From Nitrospinales bacterium (GTDB lineage: Bacteria; Nitrospinota; Nitrospinia; Nitrospinales; VA-1): a DNA stretch of 64,000 nucleotides. This document shows positions 58,925 through 64,000 of the stretch, in pieces. The notes below the pieces were generated by a model, which worked only from the letters and a program-made list of their open reading frames with translations, did no database searches and was not told the DNA's origin. Both the position numbers and the translations under genes were made by a program. Position 1 is the first letter of the stretch; each line of letters opens with the position of its first letter. The stretch is from assembly GCA_965223795.1 (NCBI GenBank), contig CBDCXL010000002.1:2464001-2528000 (forward strand), in the 5' to 3' direction.

Positions 58925-60712
58925 TTAACGGAGATGGCTCCTGCCGTGGTCGCCGGGGTTGTCGAGGTCGAACACCTTGCCTTCGATATTGACGGCCACC
59001 AGCTTTTTGATGCCGATGCGGTTGGCGATGGCCTTCACATCCGCGTAGCCGTTGCCGGAAATGTTGTTGTAGGGGATCACGCCCATGGAGAACGAGCGTT
59101 TTTTCAGGTGATTCATCAACTCCGGCGGAAAGGTGCGGTTGTTGAAATGGGTGTTTTCGTACAGCAGCACTTCGCCGACGCCGGGCATTTGCCGCAGCTC
59201 CTGCTCGACCACGGGCTGGGCCAGGGTGGTGATCCGGTTTCTGGCGAACTGGTTGCGGATCGAGCCCACCACGTCCTGCATCTGCTTCATGCGGGTGCTG
59301 CGGAACACCAGGATGTCGTCCTCCGAATTGAGGTCGATGGCCTTGAAATTGTCCTTCGCGGTTTTGGAGTAGCGCTTGTTGAACGCGGTTTCATACAGCG
59401 TCTCCGCCTCGCGGAAATTTTTCATCACCTGCTCGGCGGGGTATTCGGGACGGTCCACGACGCAGTGGTTGCCGCCGTCGAAGTGTTTCCAGTCTACGTC
59501 GCGCAGGTGTCCCTGGGCCTTCATGTGGTTGAAGAACGGGGTTCCGGGCTGCGGCGTGCTGATGGAAAGCTGGAAGCGCCACAACAGGTCGCGGTCGATC
59601 AGTTCGCGGATGAGGTCGAGGGTTTTTTTGTCGCAGCCGTCGGTGGAGCCTTCGCCGCCGAAGGTGAAGGTGCCGTAGAACTTGAGCCCGATGTCCGTGC
59701 CGTACTGCATGAGCTGCTTGAGGCGCGGCACGTTGAATTTTTTCATCAGCTCCATGCCGCGCGCCGCATGCTCGCCGGCGGTTTCGATGCCCAGCCGCAC
59801 CATGTAGTAGCCGGCGCTCTTCATGGCGTCGAGCACTTCCTCGTCCATCGGCCACTGGCCGCACATGACGTCGTACTTGAGGTCGTCGAGGCCGTTTTCG
59901 CGAAAGGCTTTCGTCAATTCGAGGATGTATTTCTTGCTGCCGTTGTGCACTTCCTCGTCGAAGAAAATGCCTTCGAGCTGCGGGTATTTGGCGCGCAGAT
60001 TGTGCAGTTCGGCGACCACGTTCATCGGGTCGCGCGGCCGCCAGTTGGGGCGGGCGTAGGAGATGTTGCCGCACACGCAGAAGGTGCAGGAGAGCGGGCA
60101 TCCGCGCGAGGCGTAGGCCTGGATCTCCAGGTATTCGCTGGACGGCTCGCCGGGCATGCCGTAGTCGAGGCGGGACACGTCGTCGTCCTCGGGGAAGGGC
60201 AGGTCGTTCACATCGAGCGGTGGGCGTAGATTTGTGTTGGGATACAGCCCCTGAATGCCGCCGAGGTCTTTGCCCTGCAGAATATCCCGCACCACCAGTT
60301 CGTATTCGCGCAGGACGACGTGGTCCGCGTACTGGCTGACTTCCTCCGGAAAGGTGGTGGGGTGGGGGCCGCAGAAAATGAGCCGGGTGCCGAAGCGGCG
60401 CTTGATCTCCACCGCGAAGCGCTTGTCCGCCTCGATGGTGCGGGTGGCGCAGTCCATGATGAGATAATCGGGGCCGAATTCGGAGACTTTGTCCACGAAG
60501 GCCTGGTGATCCAGCTTGTCGAGGCAGCCGTCAAAAAACCGCACTTCGTGATCGGTGTCCCGCTTGAGCATGGACGAGCAGTAGGCGAGCTGCCAGGGGT
60601 AGTAGGTGAAAATGTTGAGATCCTTCGTGCTGTTGGTCCACCGGCTGGGCGAGTGGATCATGGCATAGCCGTCGGCGTCGATGCCGACCGAATTGCACAC
60701 GGCGACTTTCAT
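58925..60712 (-). CDS. Second B12-binding radical SAM paralog with C-terminal GT9-like domain
   Basis: CGPHP, SRGCPLSCTFC, FFDEEVHN, GIET, TPQPGT; colinear with 56527-58293. Confidence 0.88.
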   Translation of the reverse strand: MKVAVCNSVGIDADGYAMIHSPSRWTNSTKDLNIFTYYPWQLAYCSSMLKRDTDHEVRFFDGCLDKLDHQAFVDKVSEFGPDYLIMDCATRTIEADKRFAVEIKRRFGTRLIFCGPHPTTFPEEVSQYADHVVLREYELVVRDILQGKDLGGIQGLYPNTNLRPPLDVNDLPFPEDDDVSRLDYGMPGEPSSEYLEIQAYASRGCPLSCTFCVCGNISYARPNWRPRDPMNVVAELHNLRAKYPQLEGIFFDEEVHNGSKKYILELTKAFRENGLDDLKYDVMCGQWPMDEEVLDAMKSAGYYMVRLGIETAGEHAARGMELMKKFNVPRLKQLMQYGTDIGLKFYGTFTFGGEGSTDGCDKKTLDLIRELIDRDLLWRFQLSISTPQPGTPFFNHMKAQGHLRDVDWKHFDGGNHCVVDRPEYPAEQVMKNFREAETLYETAFNKRYSKTAKDNFKAIDLNSEDDILVFRSTRMKQMQDVVGSIRNQFARNRITTLAQPVVEQELRQMPGVGEVLLYENTHFNNRTFPPELMNHLKKRSFSMGVIPYNNISGNGYADVKAIANRIGIKKLVAVNIEGKVFDLDNPGDHGRSHLR

Positions 60713-60988
60713 CCAAATCCTCTATCAAAGCGGGGCGTCCACTGCTTTGCAGGCGCGTCCCGGAGTGGGGGTTGAGGCTTGTCCGCTGGGGTCGTAAAAA
60801 CTCAAAAAAACCCAAGTTTCCTAGCGGAATATTTCATTTAAAACTTTAATGATCTGATACGCGCTGTGCGGTGTTCCCGGCGGCCGGGATTCGTCTTGAC
60901 ATCGATCCGGCGTCTTGCAAAGATATCCGGTTTGAGCCCGGCGCCGGTTCCCGGCCGGTACGGGCGCATATTCAGTGAAGGCAACGCG

Positions 60989-61927
60989 ATGACGGAAACG
61001 GAAAAAAAGAAATCGGGTTTCTTCTCCCGGCTCAAGGCGGGGCTCTCCAAGACCCGCGACACGCTGGCCGGCGGCATCGACAACCTGGTGCACGGCAAGG
61101 CCGAGGTGGGGCCGCAAATGCTCGACGACCTGGAGGAGGTGCTGATCACCGCCGACGTGGGCGTCGCCACATCGCAGCACATTCTGGAAACGCTGAAAAA
61201 GGAAGTGGCGAACGAGCACATCCGCGAGCCCAGGCAGATGGTGGAACACCTGAAACGGGTGATGGTCCGCATTCTGGAAGAGAGCGCGAAACCGGATTCG
61301 GCGGAGGCGGAAAAACCCAGGGTGATGCTGATCATCGGCGTCAACGGTTCGGGAAAGACCACCACCATCGGCAAGCTGGCGCGGCGCTGGAAGGAAGAGG
61401 GCCAGCAGGTGATCCTGGCGGCGGCGGACACGTTCCGGGCGGCGGCCATCGAGCAGATGCTGGTGTGGGCGGAGCGGGCGGGGGTCACCTGCATCCATCA
61501 GAAAGCGGGCGCGGACCCCTCAGCGGTGGCGTTCGATGCGGTTTCGGCGGGCGTGGCCCGCAAGGCGGACGTGGTGCTCATCGACACGGCAGGGCGGCTG
61601 CAGACCAACACGAACCTGATGGAAGAGCTGAAGAAGATCAAGCGCGTCGCGGGCAAGGTGCTGCCGGGCGCGCCGCACGAGACCCTGCTCATTCTCGATG
61701 CGAGCATCGGCCAGAACAGCGTGTCGCAGGCCCGCCTGTTCCACGAAGCGCTGGAAATCGACGGCCTGGTGATGACGAAGCTGGACGGGACGAGCAAGGG
61801 CGGGGTGCTGTTCAACATCTCACGGGAGCTGGGGCTTCCCGTGCGCTACATCGGGGTCGGGGAAAAAGCGGAAGACCTGCAACTGTTCAACGCGGAGGAT
61901 TTCGTCGCGGCCCTGTTCGCCAAATGA
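60989..61927 (+). CDS. ftsY: Signal recognition particle receptor FtsY
   Basis: FFSRLKAGLSKT, GVNGSGKTTT, DTFRAAA, DTAGR, TKLDG. Confidence 0.97.
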   Translation: MTETEKKKSGFFSRLKAGLSKTRDTLAGGIDNLVHGKAEVGPQMLDDLEEVLITADVGVATSQHILETLKKEVANEHIREPRQMVEHLKRVMVRILEESAKPDSAEAEKPRVMLIIGVNGSGKTTTIGKLARRWKEEGQQVILAAADTFRAAAIEQMLVWAERAGVTCIHQKAGADPSAVAFDAVSAGVARKADVVLIDTAGRLQTNTNLMEELKKIKRVAGKVLPGAPHETLLILDASIGQNSVSQARLFHEALEIDGLVMTKLDGTSKGGVLFNISRELGLPVRYIGVGEKAEDLQLFNAEDFVAALFAK

Positions 61928-61985
61928 TCCGGACCGCTCAACAGCGGCTGGACTTTCTTTCCTGCCCTGCGGACTGATCCAAACC

Positions 61986-62492
61986 TCATTCCTCTTCCTC
62001 GACGGTTTCGCTGCCTTTTAGCTGGTCGAACTGGGTCTTGATGATGTAGCGGTGGATGAATTCGCGGTTTTTCTCATCCATGCGGTCGGTGAACTTGAGA
62101 TGCAGGACCGTGGACTTCGGCAGCGCCCGGGCGCCCTGGCTGATGAGCGTCGATTCCATCTTGAGGATCACCGGTTCGGGCAGCGGCAGGATGAAAAGCG
62201 CGGTCACGACCTCGCCTTCGCTGATTTCCATCGGTTCCTGGATACGGCCGCACAGTCCGCTGGCGCTGAGATCGATGAGAGCCATGTTGACCACGGTGCC
62301 GTCCTTGAGCCAGAGCGCGGCTTCGATGGCGTCGCCTTCCTCCACCTTCAAGCGGAAAAAATCCCGCCTGTCCTGAAACCGGCTGGAATCCTTCAACCCG
62401 TCGCGGTTCCAGGGAAAGATCTTCTGGATCCAGCGGTGGACGGTTTTGCCCCCGGACTCCACCGGGATTTTTGCCTGCAGTCTGCTGATCAT
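61986..62492 (-). CDS. PilZ domain protein
   Basis: RRDFFR (RxxxR) and DLSASG (DxSxxG). Confidence 0.85.
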   Translation of the reverse strand: MISRLQAKIPVESGGKTVHRWIQKIFPWNRDGLKDSSRFQDRRDFFRLKVEEGDAIEAALWLKDGTVVNMALIDLSASGLCGRIQEPMEISEGEVVTALFILPLPEPVILKMESTLISQGARALPKSTVLHLKFTDRMDEKNREFIHRYIIKTQFDQLKGSETVEEEE

Positions 62493-62607
62493 GAGTGTCC
62501 CCTTGCGGTCTTGGTGTCGGATCGGGATAGCGGCCCGATTATCAGATCGATTCCCGAATTTTCGTTAAGACGCTGATTTTTTGACGCTTGCCGCTCTATG
62601 GAGAAAA

Positions 62608-62623
62608 AGCAAGTTGTGTGCCA
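62608..62623 (-). promoter_or_regulatory. sigma54 promoter TGGCACACAACTTGCT upstream of the PilZ gene
   Basis: Matches TGGCAC-N5-TTGCW, about 115 nt upstream of start. Confidence 0.75.
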
Positions 62624-62778
62624 GAAAATCCCGAAAAGGCCGGCCGCCGGGCCGCTTGAAAAATGCCGGTTTCGCACAGGGGGCGTTTGAGGGGGGAACG
62701 AAAGGTTGGAAATTTTTGCCCACGGGGCAAGAAATTCCCCGCATCCGTGGGTTGTCCACACCGCGCGGGGGGCTTGTT

Positions 62779-63141
62779 TCAACGCATGGCTTCTTCGATG
62801 CGGGCCAGCAGATCCTGAAAATTCGGCGGTTTGCGGAAGTAGTCGAACACTCCCATGTCCTTGGCCTCCTGGGCCGCGGGCGAGTTGGATTCCAGCACCG
62901 AGAGGATGATCACTTTGGTTTTGGGGTGGTTGATGCGGATCCAGCGGAGAAAGTCCATGCCGTTCACTTCCGGGAGCACCACGTCCACCAGCGCCAGTTT
63001 GGGCTTTTCCTTGGATGCGGCCGCCATCGCTTCATGGCCGTTGTTGGCGGTGACCACCGAATATCCCTGCGCTTCCAGCAGGCGCAGCAGGATGTTCTGC
63101 GAGGCGGGATCGTCTTCCACGATCAGAATGCGTTCCTCCAT
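62779..63141 (-). CDS. Single-domain response regulator (CheY-like)
   Basis: ILIVEDD, LVDVVLPEVNG, ILS, KP. Confidence 0.92.
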   Translation of the reverse strand: MEERILIVEDDPASQNILLRLLEAQGYSVVTANNGHEAMAAASKEKPKLALVDVVLPEVNGMDFLRWIRINHPKTKVIILSVLESNSPAAQEAKDMGVFDYFRKPPNFQDLLARIEEAMR

Positions 63142-63306
63142 GGTTCGCTCCCTGGGGTTCACCGGGTCCGGCGAACGGTTCTTAAAGGCGGTTTTCCCTG
63201 CGGAACCGGGGAGAAATCGTTTGGGATTTCACGCTTTTTTGCTGGTGAATGAAAAATTCCGGCTGGCAGGAGGTGGTTGAGGGACGCCTGTTCACTCTGG
63301 AAATGA

Positions 63307-63377
<71 letters not shown>

Positions 63378-63407
63378 CCGCAAACAGATATTAACTGAAA
63401 GAAAAAA

Positions 63408-63482
<75 letters not shown>

Positions 63483-63566
63483 CTGCTGTCTTTTTCGGAC
63501 TGATCCAATGGGACTGATCTTCGTGGAATCATTATATTTCCTCGGCCAGTTTTGTCAAATCAATTT

Positions 63567-64000
63567 CTATTTTTTCAGAAACCGGGCTTCGGTTCCCTGC
63601 AGGATTCTCTGGATGTTCTCGTGGTGCTTGCCGAGCACGATGAGGGCGACGATCACGGAAACGCTGATATAAGCGGCGGGAACGTTGAAAACGATCCCGA
63701 AAACCGGCAGAAACAGGGCGGCGACGATGGAACCGGCGGACACGTAGCCGGTGAGCCATAGCGTGACCGCGAACACCGCCATGCAGCACAGGGTGGCCGC
63801 GGGCATCAGGTAGAGAAACACGCCCAGGCCGGTGGCGACGCCTTTGCCGCCTTTGAATTTGAGAAACACGGAAAAAACATGCCCGAGAAAGGCCATCAAT
63901 CCCGAAACGGCGGTCTGCATGGGGTGGTCGAGCAGGTTGTCGGCGATGAACACGGCGAGCACCCCTTTAAAAAGATCGCCGATGAGGGTGAGCAGGCCGA
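63567..64000 (-). CDS. plsY: Glycerol-3-phosphate acyltransferase PlsY (5' end outside window)
   Basis: GHVFSVFLKFKGGKGVAT, YVSAGS, KHHENIQRILQGTE. Confidence 0.95.
   Translation of the reverse strand, partial: GLLTLIGDLFKGVLAVFIADNLLDHPMQTAVSGLMAFLGHVFSVFLKFKGGKGVATGLGVFLYLMPAATLCCMAVFAVTLWLTGYVSAGSIVAALFLPVFGIVFNVPAAYISVSVIVALIVLGKHHENIQRILQGTEARFLKK

Overview
GC-rich bacterial chromosomal window. The gene set (ferredoxin-nitrite reductase plus an FNT nitrite channel, many multiheme cytochromes, TPR and pentapeptide proteins, sigma54-type promoters) suggests a nitrite-oxidiser such as Nitrospina; this is an inference, not a database result. Housekeeping genes (glnS, glgP, ppa, lemA, nirA-nirC, ftsY, plsY, tRNA-Cys, tRNA-Gly) are interleaved with accessory DNA. 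Best candidate for an undescribed system: an 11.7 kb divergent redox locus (11881-23596) encoding a membrane-anchored FAD/NAD/[2Fe-2S] reductase, a double cNMP-binding protein fused to a 4x[4Fe-4S] domain, a His-rich membrane protein, deca-, tetra- and pentaheme cytochromes (19 CxxCH in total) and a beta-barrel porin, with sigma54 motifs facing both ways. Also notable: a three-gene operon of two B12 radical-SAM enzymes and a membrane protein sharing one GT9-like half-domain; a low-GC ABC-ATPase + TOPRIM-like defence-type pair; a TPR array ending in a DUF499-like tail; three paralogous XRE genes; REP-like repeats including a 49-bp tandem array; two small ORFs missed by the ORF track; and three single-base frameshifts that may be sequencing errors. 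All family calls come from motif recognition by eye.
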